From: Methanotrichaceae archaeon
GTDB taxonomy: Archaea; Halobacteriota; Methanosarcinia; Methanotrichales; Methanotrichaceae
DNA: 64,000 bases
Direction of reading: 5' to 3'
Assembly: GCA_963748825.1 (NCBI GenBank)
Contig: CAVVKN010000012.1
Coordinates: 95,536 to 159,535, forward strand
This document shows, one piece after another, positions 39,907 to 49,952 of this stretch (the first letter of the stretch is position 1; every line of letters begins with the position of its first letter). Under the pieces are notes generated by a model. The model was not told the DNA's origin. It ran no database searches and was given only the letters and a program-made list of their open reading frames with translations. A program made the position numbers and the translations under genes.

Positions 39907-40458
39907 TTAGAGCAGTCCCATGTTCTCAAGCTGCATCCTGACGATCCGTGTGCCTTCTTCGCATTCCTCCGGCGATTTGCCGCCCGTGATCACCAGTTTA
40001 CCGGAGCTGAATATGAGCACTACCACTTTGGGCACCTTGATCCTGTAGACCAGCCCAGGAAACTGCTCCGGCTCGTACTCGATGTTCTCCAGGCCCAGGC
40101 CCAGCGCGACGGCGTTTAAGTTCAAGTCCGTTTTCAGGTCTGCGGAGGCCACAATATTCTGAATGTGGATCTCGGGCACCAGATCGATCTTCTCGAAGCC
40201 GATAGACTTGAGCGTCTTGGCCAGGGTGGCGATGACCATGTGAACATCCTCGACGTTCTTGGATCCGGTGCATACTACCTTGCCGGAAGTAAATATGAGA
40301 AAAGCAGCTTTTGGGGCCTTGACCCTGTAGATGAGACCGGGAAACTTCTCCTTGTTATATTCGGCGCCCTCCAGCTCTGCTTCGATCTTGGGCAAATCGA
40401 ATGCATTCGCCAGCTTGGTGGATGCCACCACGTTCACGATATCTATTGTGGACTTCAT
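39907..40458 (-). CDS. tbp: TATA-box-binding protein
   Basis: Two repeats NVVAS...FPGLIYR...[12 protein letters not shown] and NIVAS...[12 protein letters not shown]...[12 protein letters not shown]. Confidence 0.97.
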   Translation of the reverse strand: MKSTIDIVNVVASTKLANAFDLPKIEAELEGAEYNKEKFPGLIYRVKAPKAAFLIFTSGKVVCTGSKNVEDVHMVIATLAKTLKSIGFEKIDLVPEIHIQNIVASADLKTDLNLNAVALGLGLENIEYEPEQFPGLVYRIKVPKVVVLIFSSGKLVITGGKSPEECEEGTRIVRMQLENMGLL

Positions 40459-41175
40459 ATGCACGTATATCTCCAAACCACCCTTTATATAGTCCGACGT
40501 TGGGCCGATGGTGAGCCATGAAAAATGCCGCTGGCATCAAAAGGAGGATTCATTTCGAAAATCTGGCCAACGTCGCTTTCCTGCGCATCCACTTCTGCGA
40601 CTCACGCTGCAGATCTTCTTGCTCTTTCGCTTGCCGGCCTGCCCTGCCAACCAAGTTGTCTCTGTTTTTCCTGGGACGCCCCATACTCATCCCCGCCGAA
40701 AAAAATACATCCCAATAGTATACTCTAATTTGATTTCTACAAGTGAATTCAGAGCTATAAACTTGCTCTTCCAGTTACCTCCCGTTAGTTTGCATTGCAG
40801 GACGTCCCGCTGATATTTGCAGAAGGGCGGGCAGAGCACATGCTGGGTGATGTCTCTCTGATAGTGCTTGGGAGGCAGGTCTATGCAGCTTTTCGCCGGG
40901 ATACGGGAAGGTTGATCCAAGTCGCTGGCATCGATGATGAGCGCAAAGGGCAGCTCTAGTCTTTCTGAGAGCATGAAACCGTCCAAGATGTCATCCTTAT
41001 TTGCTTAAAAGGTTTGACATCCTTATGCTATCGAATTTGTGCTTTGCCTGGAGAAGGTTGGGGGGGAGGCCGGCGATCGCCGGAAGGCCCTGCAGAGGAC
41101 CGCCCTGGAGAAGTAGACAGAGCAGCAAAAGCTGACTATCTTTGCATTCTCCTGACTCTCTCCGATCTCTTGACA

Positions 41176-42054
41176 TTAGTTCATAGAGGAACGAGAGTCT
41201 TTGCGTTCGAATTCTGAAAGTTTGTCCTGAAGCTCCTTTCCCAGTACCAATTGACGCTTGGGGTAAGGAATCTCGATATCTTGGGCATCAAATTCCATTT
41301 TTATCGATAAAAGAAGATCACGGGCCATACTAAAGGCTGCAGACTGATCCTTCGCTCTGGAAAGCAGGCGCAGCAATACGCCCGAGTCCTGAAATTCCAT
41401 AACAACTGCATTGGGAAGGTCTCCCTCGGGCCGGCATTCGGGATGATTTCTCGCGATATCGATCATGATTTGCATAGCTTTGGAAATATCTGATTCGTAG
41501 CTCACCTGAACATTGATGGGTACCAGGACCGAGGGGTCGTTCATGCTGTAATTTATGATGACCTCATTTTGCAGTATTGAATTTGGCACAACCAGACGCC
41601 GGTTATCCCATGTCCTCATGATAGTGTGAATCAGCCTCATATCTTCGATATAGCAAAATTCATCTCTGAACATCACGGCGTCAGAGATTCGAAAGGGCTG
41701 AGCGACCGAGTTGATAATTCCAGATATGACATTGGAAAAGCTGGATTGAGCTGCCATGCCTATAACAATGGATGCAAAGCCTGCCGCTACAAATAGCGAG
41801 GTTATGATGCCTAATGATTCAGGAAAAGCCGTAAAAGTAGAAGCCATCACACCCACAAGTACTACAGAAAGGACAACCAGCCGTCTCATTATGGTTGTCG
41901 TTGTGAGAAGCTTCGGTTGTGAAAATGCAACTTGATTGAACGATTTTATTAAAATTTTATTTAAATAATATGTTGCGATAAAAGTTATGGCCAGGCCTGC
42001 GATGAAAACAGCCACGGACCATAATGTTCTATTCTCCAGAGAGGGCAACTGCAT
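41176..42054 (-). CDS. mscS: Small-conductance mechanosensitive channel
   Basis: IGMAAQSSFSNVISG, PFRISD, VVPNS, IEIPYPK. Confidence 0.88.
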   Translation of the reverse strand: MQLPSLENRTLWSVAVFIAGLAITFIATYYLNKILIKSFNQVAFSQPKLLTTTTIMRRLVVLSVVLVGVMASTFTAFPESLGIITSLFVAAGFASIVIGMAAQSSFSNVISGIINSVAQPFRISDAVMFRDEFCYIEDMRLIHTIMRTWDNRRLVVPNSILQNEVIINYSMNDPSVLVPINVQVSYESDISKAMQIMIDIARNHPECRPEGDLPNAVVMEFQDSGVLLRLLSRAKDQSAAFSMARDLLLSIKMEFDAQDIEIPYPKRQLVLGKELQDKLSEFERKDSRSSMN

Positions 42055-42073
42055 TTACATTCAAACTCCATAC

Positions 42074-43297
42074 TCAGAGATATACTATATCTTCTTTATG
42101 ATACAAAGATATAAATAATCCTAGATAGTCTTTGATATGTCTGGTTATAAGGAAGTTGTTCTTGACATGTTCTCTTCCATTAGCTCCTAGTTTCTGTGCG
42201 TATTCCGGCTCGCTCAACAGCTCCTTCAAGTAATGTGCAGTTCCGGCGATGGAATATGTGAGGATTCCAGAATGTTTATGTGTTATCTGCAGAGGGATGC
42301 CGCCTACTGCCGTGGCTATAACCGGCTTTGCCTTCCAGAGACCTTCGGTCACAGTCAATCCGAAACCTTCTCGAAGAGACTTTTGCATAATAACCGTAGA
42401 GGCCCTTTGCAGAGCATTAACCTCTATATCACTGGAGGGAGGAAGATATATGATGTGAATATCCGGATCTGATTCCGCGACAGACCTGATCTGATCCAGG
42501 ATGCGAGGCCCTTCCGGATCATCCGTAGCACCGCCGCCTGCTAGAACCAATTGACAGTCAATGTGATTCCTGACCATCTTGTAGACCTCAATGACGCCCA
42601 ATGGATCCTTGAAATAGTCGAATCTGGAGATCTGGGTTACAATCGGTCGATCTCTGTCAAGGCCGTATTTCTTCACGACGGAATCAATGGTTTCCTGAGG
42701 GAGCTCTCTATTCTTTTCGCTCAGCGGATCGATGGATGGAGATATCAGTATCTGTTTAATGGCAAGGTCGTTTCGGGCAAAGCTGGGAGCAGAAAAGACC
42801 GCTGCATCATATCGATCAATGAAACCTCTCAGGAAATTCATGGTCGCTTTATGCGGATCAGAGACATCTATATGACACCTCCATATCCATTTATTCCCTT
42901 TATGCTCTTTTTCCTTCACCAGGCCGATCGGCTGGGGATCGTGAATGAACATGATGTCCCCGAACAGGTCCATTGTCTCCGAGTTCTGCCTATTTACTTC
43001 CAGGAAATAATCCAGATCTTGCTGAGTGATCTCGACATTCAGGCCGTGCAGAGCATTGTGCATATCTTTAGTTATTGTAAAAAACTTCTCGTCGCCCTTG
43101 ATCACATCCCAATAGGCATCAACATCTAAATCTCTAAGCAGCGGAATCATTCTGGACAGTATCTCGGCAACGCCGCCACCAACAGCAGTGGAGTTGATGT
43201 TCTGAACTGATTTTCCTTTGAGCCTATCCGCCAGCATGTATAGCTCGTCCACCTCGTCGTCTCCAACGATGGCCCTGTAATCGTCAATCTTGGACAC
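42074..43297 (-). CDS. treT: Trehalose synthase TreT-like glycosyltransferase
   Basis: NSTAVGGGVAEIL, IHDPQP, WRCHID, QISRFDYFKDP, REGFGLTVTEGLWK. Confidence 0.88.
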   Translation of the reverse strand: MSKIDDYRAIVGDDEVDELYMLADRLKGKSVQNINSTAVGGGVAEILSRMIPLLRDLDVDAYWDVIKGDEKFFTITKDMHNALHGLNVEITQQDLDYFLEVNRQNSETMDLFGDIMFIHDPQPIGLVKEKEHKGNKWIWRCHIDVSDPHKATMNFLRGFIDRYDAAVFSAPSFARNDLAIKQILISPSIDPLSEKNRELPQETIDSVVKKYGLDRDRPIVTQISRFDYFKDPLGVIEVYKMVRNHIDCQLVLAGGGATDDPEGPRILDQIRSVAESDPDIHIIYLPPSSDIEVNALQRASTVIMQKSLREGFGLTVTEGLWKAKPVIATAVGGIPLQITHKHSGILTYSIAGTAHYLKELLSEPEYAQKLGANGREHVKNNFLITRHIKDYLGLFISLYHKEDIVYL

Positions 43298-43928
43298 GGC
43301 ACTCTACCTTCCTTATTATTTTTTGTCTTAAATTTTCCAAGGTTATGTTGTAGGGATCTAATTTGGAGATCTCATGGGCAAGCCTCTCTTCTCCCATGCT
43401 TTTCAGCCATTGAGAGAAGTCATTATCCGGAACTCCTAGTCTCATGCGGGCTTCGAACATGTGAAAATATAGGGAGTGAATGCTCACTTTTCTCAGCATT
43501 TGTGCAAATTCCTCTAAATTATGGGCGGTATACGGCAGGGGCAGAACCAGCGTTTTGCAGGCCAGAAAATGAAATTCGAAACCAGGTATGCAATCAGCAT
43601 TTTCGCCGTTCTTAGAGATATAATTTTCGAGTATATTCACAAAGTCTCTGCGAAGCTTCTCCAAATTGCAGTAACTAACTGTGTCCACGCTCAGAAATTC
43701 CTCCCCCAGGCCTCTAAGGTGCAGTATCTCCATCAGCCAGAAAGCAAAGTCGTTAGGCGGTTCGGGAGATAAATAGTGGTGCTGCTGCAGGAATCGATGC
43801 GTATGATAGTAAATGCAGGAAGCAGGAACGGTCTTTATACCCGTCAGCAGCTCCTCTGGGTTTCTGGCTTTGCGTCCCAGCAGTTCGACAAGATGGTATT
43901 GTGTATGGAAATTAAATCCTTCATTCAT
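43284..43928 (-). CDS. DUF5752-like protein (TreT-associated)
   Basis: Internal repeat SCIYYH...NDFAFW / SLYFH...NDFSQW; adjacent to treT. Confidence 0.75.
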   Translation of the reverse strand: MNEGFNFHTQYHLVELLGRKARNPEELLTGIKTVPASCIYYHTHRFLQQHHYLSPEPPNDFAFWLMEILHLRGLGEEFLSVDTVSYCNLEKLRRDFVNILENYISKNGENADCIPGFEFHFLACKTLVLPLPYTAHNLEEFAQMLRKVSIHSLYFHMFEARMRLGVPDNDFSQWLKSMGEERLAHEISKLDPYNITLENLRQKIIRKVECRVQD

Positions 43929-46125
43929 GCAAGCATTCCTCCAGCAAATCCAGAGCATCGTTGCTATCTTTAATAATGAATCTGGCCAGGGATTTATCAG
44001 ATCCCACTTTTAGGGAATAGGCCGATTCAGGCATTGACTTGAATAGATCCTCATCGGTGAGATCATCTCCCATAGCCATAATGAAATCATATCCGCCCTT
44101 AGTGAGCCAGTGTAAACTGGCATCTCCTTTGTTGATTCCAGCGTTGCGAACCTCAATTATCTTGTTGCCAGGCAGAATCTGGACATCGATATTGGCAGTA
44201 AAGTTTACCAGGACATCGACCAGCTCCTTGGCTTTACGAGAAGCGATCTCAGGATCAGCCATTCGAAAATGCCAGACTAAAGAGAACTCCTTTATCTCCA
44301 CAAAAGATCCTGGAATCCTGTCGGCATATACCTCCAGGATGGGCTGGATCTTGTCCATCCAACTCTTTTTGAGGCTTTTTGGATTCTTCCATTCGCCTTC
44401 TTTTTTCTTGATCCAGACGCCATGCTCAGCTACCATGCCTACCTTATAATCGCCGAACCATTCCTGCAAGGTGTTCTTGCTGCGGCCGCTTATTAAAACA
44501 AAATCGTTCTTTGCATCTTTGGTAAGCTTTTCCAGCAAATCATATAGTCGTTTATCTGGTTTTGCCAGGTGGGGATGCTCTGCAAAAGGAACGAGGGTTC
44601 CGTCATAATCGGAGAATATCAGTCTTTTGCTCGCGCTCTTATAGGCTTCAACCAACGTTTTCCTTTGCTCTTTTCCTAGCAGTTTGATCTCCTTAGATCT
44701 CTGATCATCAACCACGGATTGTATAGATTGTATGAAATCTTCTGCCCAACGATCGACATCATAGCGACTCAGTCTGATCTGCATTTTTTCATTGCGGCGG
44801 ATCTGCTCTCCTTCAGGCATTTCCAGGGCCTCCTCAAGTGCACTGGCAATTTCTTTTACATAGTTTGGATTGATAATAATGGCCTCTACCGTCTCCTTTG
44901 AAGCCCCCGCCATCTCGCTGAGAATGAGGACCCCCTTCTTATTGGATTTGCACGACACAAACTCCTTGGCTACGAGGTTCATGCCATCTCTTAAAGGAGT
45001 AATCAGAGCTACATCGCAAATATTATACAAAGCGAGAAGCTGGGATTCAGGCAAATATTTGTAAGAGTAAAGTATCGGCGTCCAATTGATGTTTCCGAAC
45101 TTGCCATTGATCTCTCCAACCTTCTCGTCTATTTGCCTCTTCATCAATTGGTAATGCTCCACCTTAATTCGTGAGGGAACAACTACCAAAATTAAGGTCA
45201 CCCTGCCGTGCCAGGATGGATATCTATTTAGAAATTCTTCATATCCTTGCAGCCTCTTAGCAATGCCTTTTGTGTAATCCAGCCGATCAACAGAAAGAAT
45301 CGTTTTTTTCCCCTCGAAGGCACCCTTTAGAGTTTCCATCTCCTCACGTACTTCTGGCCTGCTGCTGGAATCCTGAAATTTTTCAAAGCATATACCCATG
45401 GGAAAGGTCTCTGCCTTTATAATTCGGCCTTTGAAATCCATCTGGCCAAGATCGTTTTCAAGTCCCAATATACGTTGGACGCATCTTAGAAAATGCAGGG
45501 TATAATCATAGGTGTGAAAACCAACCAGATTGGCTCCCAAAAGTCCCTTTAGAATCTCCTTGCGCCATTCACTTGGCAAGATTCGAAAGAGTTCAAAGGA
45601 CGGGAAGGGAATATGCAAAAAGAAGCCTATGGGGATGTCTGGAAATCTTTGCCGGATCATTCCTGGCAGCAGCATGAAATGGTAATCGTGAATCCATAGT
45701 ACGTCACCAGGCTGTAAGATCTTTGAAAGAACTTCACAGAAGATCTCATTGACCTGCTTGTAGTTATTCCATAGCTCTTCATCATAAGATGTCAGTGATG
45801 GAAAATAATGGAATAGAGGCCATATGGTTTTATTGCATAGCCCGTGATAGAATTTCTCAATTACCTGTCCTGGGAGGAAGACAGGATAGCAAGAGAAATC
45901 TTTCTCTAGCCTGGACACTAATTCTCGCTGTTTCTTTTCCGGAAGGTTTATGCCCGGCCAGCCCACCCAGAGATAATTCGAATTTCCAGAAGGATTTTTC
46001 TTCAATGAATTTACGTATGAGGATAGGCCCGTCGCTAACCCACCCACGCTTTCTTTGAATTGAAGCACGTGATTCTCTTCTACCACAGTCACTGGCAAAC
46101 GGTTTGATACTATAACTAGTCTCAT
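43921..46125 (-). CDS. Bifunctional trehalose-6-phosphate synthase/phosphatase
   Basis: VSNRLP, WIHDYH, FFLHIPFP, DRLDYTKG, RDGMNLVAKE; C-terminal HAD domain DYDGTL...GDDLTDED. Confidence 0.94.
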   Translation of the reverse strand: MRLVIVSNRLPVTVVEENHVLQFKESVGGLATGLSSYVNSLKKNPSGNSNYLWVGWPGINLPEKKQRELVSRLEKDFSCYPVFLPGQVIEKFYHGLCNKTIWPLFHYFPSLTSYDEELWNNYKQVNEIFCEVLSKILQPGDVLWIHDYHFMLLPGMIRQRFPDIPIGFFLHIPFPSFELFRILPSEWRKEILKGLLGANLVGFHTYDYTLHFLRCVQRILGLENDLGQMDFKGRIIKAETFPMGICFEKFQDSSSRPEVREEMETLKGAFEGKKTILSVDRLDYTKGIAKRLQGYEEFLNRYPSWHGRVTLILVVVPSRIKVEHYQLMKRQIDEKVGEINGKFGNINWTPILYSYKYLPESQLLALYNICDVALITPLRDGMNLVAKEFVSCKSNKKGVLILSEMAGASKETVEAIIINPNYVKEIASALEEALEMPEGEQIRRNEKMQIRLSRYDVDRWAEDFIQSIQSVVDDQRSKEIKLLGKEQRKTLVEAYKSASKRLIFSDYDGTLVPFAEHPHLAKPDKRLYDLLEKLTKDAKNDFVLISGRSKNTLQEWFGDYKVGMVAEHGVWIKKKEGEWKNPKSLKKSWMDKIQPILEVYADRIPGSFVEIKEFSLVWHFRMADPEIASRKAKELVDVLVNFTANIDVQILPGNKIIEVRNAGINKGDASLHWLTKGGYDFIMAMGDDLTDEDLFKSMPESAYSLKVGSDKSLARFIIKDSNDALDLLEECLHE

Positions 46126-46621
46126 TGTCCATCCATAACGCGCTTAAATATGTTGCTAAATTGAATTTGGTCAATTCTTTTTGGCCAAAAAGAGTATAAA
46201 GCTCTTTCGCTATAAAATTATTACTAAAATTATAATTATACTTTGAGGATTCATTCAGCAAATTCATCATCGAATGAGCAAATCACAATTCTTTGCGTTC
46301 AATTGATCTTCGGGGGTGGAAATGTGCTTCTAATAACCTGAATAAATATTACGTAGATACGTAAGAACTATGAGCGTTCTTATATCCTTGATCTAAATTT
46401 TGGTAGAGGTCATCAGGTATGCTCTCAAACACGATTCAATACTAAGGGTTTTTTTAGGATTTCATCCTGAGGTAAAAATTATTTAGATCCCGTGATGAAT
46501 AAAAGTATTTCAATTATGCGTATATTTCAAACTTTTATATCGCTTACTAAATTTAAAACTAGAAAAAATTAAATAGGTGCGATGCGTAATATGCTATTTG
46601 AATGGATTTGGGGGTAAAGGA

Positions 46622-47326
46622 ATGGCTTGCAAGAGTAGTATAATGGTGCTAAATGAGGCTCTGATAGTTAGAATACTTTCTCTTTCGCTTTGCCTTTTAT
46701 TAGGGATATCTTTCTGTCAAGCATCGGATACGGTAGATGCTCTTAATAGTTACAAAGAACTTCAATCAAATTTCATTAGTGATAAGGACAAGCTTTCAGA
46801 GTTTCATCCAGAACCGACCTTCCTCCGATCCTCGGAACGCATTCAACCATCTCCATTTGGTGAAATGCGCTTATCCCGTCCGGTTAATGAAGAAATTGAC
46901 ATGACGGGGGCTAATTCCAAAGAGAAAGTTCAGGATATCGAAGCGATAAATACCATTAAACAAAGGACTATCGTTTATGACGATGTTCAGAGGGGCGATG
47001 GAGTGGATAAGGGCAACTCCATGAATATTGAGATAACAGGAAATGGGCAAGAGAAGCAGAGCATGATGGAAATGGATGATGATTTCGGAAATGCCATAGA
47101 AGAAAAAGTAGATGCTGCCTTCATGTCCAGCATGAATCAGGAATCAAGAGATAAGACAGGATCGATTCGTAGCCAAGTCAATAATTTAAATATAGATGTC
47201 AGTGGTATTTCTGTGCGCGCAATTAATACCGTGCCAGGTGGCACGGCTATCGCGACATCTAATATAAAAATAGAACCTGTGCAAATTATTGTTGAATCAT
47301 CGGAAGCAAGCGAAAAACTAAAGTGA
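46622..47326 (+). CDS. Hypothetical secreted protein
   Basis: Long ORF with hydrophobic signal-like segment in an AT-rich region; start uncertain. Confidence 0.6.
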   Translation: MACKSSIMVLNEALIVRILSLSLCLLLGISFCQASDTVDALNSYKELQSNFISDKDKLSEFHPEPTFLRSSERIQPSPFGEMRLSRPVNEEIDMTGANSKEKVQDIEAINTIKQRTIVYDDVQRGDGVDKGNSMNIEITGNGQEKQSMMEMDDDFGNAIEEKVDAAFMSSMNQESRDKTGSIRSQVNNLNIDVSGISVRAINTVPGGTAIATSNIKIEPVQIIVESSEASEKLK

Positions 47327-47602
47327 AATGCAAGGGAAACTCAGAAATCCTAAATAGTCGACATTTCCTCTATAGGTAAAAGATCTATATAGTATAGTGG
47401 ATTTGTATACTTTTTATGGATTTGACAGATCTCCGGCACAAATGCTGGCTATAATCGCTTTGTCAGTCCGATGTCTATCCATGCAAAATTTACAGGATCG
47501 GCGCTCGCGATCTTCGATCAGATCAATAGCCCGAATGCAGAGATTGCCAAAAAAAAAAGCTAGCAGAATGGCAGAGCCAAAAGTAAAGCAGAAATAGCCT
47601 TT

Positions 47603-48496
47603 CTAGCCATCCACCCCAGCTTTACTTGAATCCGATTTCGCTTCTTTCTCCCACCACACTTTCACCCGTATCGACGAGGCCGGCAGCACCAGCGCCCCGT
47701 TCTCCTCTCGCAACGCCCCCTGGAGGTACTCCAACAATATCGCCCTCTGCTCCTCCGTCTCCACTTTGGCCTGGGGCGCAAGCGCTGCCGCGGCCTCTTC
47801 GGGGGAAGAGTATCGTTGATTGTGCTCCAGCCGGAAGGTCCTGATGTGCGGATAGACGCCCATCTGGTAGAGCACGTTGTAGAGCACATCGCACTTTGGG
47901 CCCGGCTGGTAAGCCCGGCCATGCAGCTTTGGCCACAGCTCCTGCCACTGACGGTCCCAGGAGGTCGGCCCAGCAAAGTGATAGAGATAAACGTACTTAG
48001 ACGACGCTTTCATCATCTTCTCGATGGCCGCTCGAATGTCTTGCATTCCCAGGGAAAACGAAGCAATCACCACATCGTAAGGCGGCTCTAGATCATTTTC
48101 CACATCGACATCCTCCCAGCGCTTTTGCACTATGGAGATGTTACTGACGCCAAACTCGGCCATCTTTTCTTGCATCACGCTGCACATGCCCTCCGCCGGC
48201 TCCACGGCGGTGACGTGCGCTGCCTTCTGGGCAAAGGGAATGGCCAGCGTGCCCGGCCCGGCGCCGATGTCCAGGACGCGCGACTCTCCCGTGATATCCG
48301 TTTCCCAGACGGTCTTGTCAATGCGGCTTCGCTCCTGGCGACACATATTCCAGAAGCGCAGCGCACTCTCCCGGCTCTCCCAGATGCGAGCGCAGTCCCG
48401 GCCTGGGCTTGATTCTCGATTCCTATTCACCTGGCTCTTCCAGACAAGATTCCAGTCGATATCATGGCAGGGATCGACCATTTCCAAAGCCCTCAT
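47603..48496 (-). CDS. Class I SAM-dependent methyltransferase
   Basis: VLDIGAGPGTL, VTAVEP, YDVVIAS. Confidence 0.88.
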   Translation of the reverse strand: MRALEMVDPCHDIDWNLVWKSQVNRNRESSPGRDCARIWESRESALRFWNMCRQERSRIDKTVWETDITGESRVLDIGAGPGTLAIPFAQKAAHVTAVEPAEGMCSVMQEKMAEFGVSNISIVQKRWEDVDVENDLEPPYDVVIASFSLGMQDIRAAIEKMMKASSKYVYLYHFAGPTSWDRQWQELWPKLHGRAYQPGPKCDVLYNVLYQMGVYPHIRTFRLEHNQRYSSPEEAAAALAPQAKVETEEQRAILLEYLQGALREENGALVLPASSIRVKVWWEKEAKSDSSKAGVDG

Positions 48497-49095
48497 TTCG
48501 TCCGCCCGCCCAGCATGGCTGCATATTTGTCGCTCTTTCCCGTTGAGACGGGATAGGCAAATTGCATCCCATTCTGCCTGCCTATGACGCAGAGGGGCTT
48601 TGCTCTCTCAAGGTCCATTCCATCAGGCTCGGAAAAGAACCGGTCGTCTGCCTCCAGGTGCACTACCTTGCCGATGATGAGCACGAACTTCTCCCTGGCA
48701 ATCTCTTCCTCCAAAACGCACTCAGCCCAGGCCAGGCAGCCTTCAATGCCGGGTGGCTTGACCTTCGTCGATGGCCTGGCCTGAAGGCCTGCCTTCTCAA
48801 ACTCATCCACTTCGGGCGGAAAGTTTCGGGCACAGATCATGACGGCCTCTTCCATGCCAGAAGGCGGCACATTGATTACGAATTCTCCTGTCTGGCGAAT
48901 ATTTTCCAGAGTATCTCTCTCTAGCCATGAGGCAATCAATATCTCCTCCAAGGGCCGGAGAACTGGTGTGACACAGGACCAGGGAGCAGCATTGCGCACG
49001 CCATCTGAGGAGAGGGTCGATATGAGCACCACGGGAAGGGGCATGATCTGCCCCCTTTGATTTGGCTTCAGAATCATTCTTCTATCACCATTCAC
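48493..49095 (-). CDS. Flavin reductase-like FMN-binding protein
   Basis: PVVLIST...NAAPWS, DTLENIRQTGEFVIN, DEFEKAGL. Confidence 0.85.
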   Translation of the reverse strand: MNGDRRMILKPNQRGQIMPLPVVLISTLSSDGVRNAAPWSCVTPVLRPLEEILIASWLERDTLENIRQTGEFVINVPPSGMEEAVMICARNFPPEVDEFEKAGLQARPSTKVKPPGIEGCLAWAECVLEEEIAREKFVLIIGKVVHLEADDRFFSEPDGMDLERAKPLCVIGRQNGMQFAYPVSTGKSDKYAAMLGGRTK

Positions 49096-49135
49096 GGCAT
49101 TTTTTGGGAGCTTTTTTATGGTCTTTGCCGAACTA

Positions 49136-49882
49136 CTATGCTAGCAGCCTGTCTACAATCTGTTTCATCTCATTGATCTCCGGCACGCGGCTGCCTTTCA
49201 AGCAGGCCTTGAAGACCTCCCTGTCAAAGGGAAGAGTGCCCACGATTCTTTCCTTATCTACCAGATCCCTTAGCTCCAAAGCGTCCTCATTCATCCGGTT
49301 GAGAACAAAGAAGACCGGCTTATTGATCTTCGCCCCCATCTCCGAGATCTTTTGAGAAAGCTGCACCGATTCAAAGCTTGGGTCTATTACCACAACGATC
49401 TTGTCGCAGCCCGCTTCCACGCCCCTGCCGAAGTGCTCGATGCCCGCATCCGTGTCCACAATCACCTGCATGTCATCGGCCTTCAGCTTCTCAAGGAACT
49501 CCCGGGCCAGCGCACCCATGGGACAGGCGCAGCCCTCGCCATAGTCATGGATCTTGCCAATGGCCACCAGCTTGATACCATCCTCGCCTACTATTAGCTC
49601 CGCAGGTATATCCTCCAAGGAGAAATCCTCCAGAATGCTCATCTTCTCTTTGCTCTCCGATTTCATGAAATTCCTCATTCTCTCCCCGAGCCCCTTCTTG
49701 CCGCCCAGAGAGTCCATGAAGTCCTTGGGCTGCGGCAGGCCTAGCTGCTTGTAAAGCCCGAAATTGGACTCGTCAGTATCTACTACGAGTACCCGATCTC
49801 CCCTGGCCGCCATCTCATGAGCCATCAAAGCCGAGACCGTGCTCTTTCCGCTTCCACCTTTGCCGCATATAACTATTTTCAT
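49136..49882 (-). CDS. CooC/AcsF-like nickel-insertion ATPase
   Basis: GKGGSGKST, GCACP, DTDAGIEHFGRG. Confidence 0.85.
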   Translation of the reverse strand: MKIVICGKGGSGKSTVSALMAHEMAARGDRVLVVDTDESNFGLYKQLGLPQPKDFMDSLGGKKGLGERMRNFMKSESKEKMSILEDFSLEDIPAELIVGEDGIKLVAIGKIHDYGEGCACPMGALAREFLEKLKADDMQVIVDTDAGIEHFGRGVEAGCDKIVVVIDPSFESVQLSQKISEMGAKINKPVFFVLNRMNEDALELRDLVDKERIVGTLPFDREVFKACLKGSRVPEINEMKQIVDRLLA

Positions 49883-49952
49883 CTTTATAACCTCCTAATA
49901 AAATAAAGGCAAAAAGGCATCAATCGCCTAGCTTGCCTTTTTTGCACCTGCA

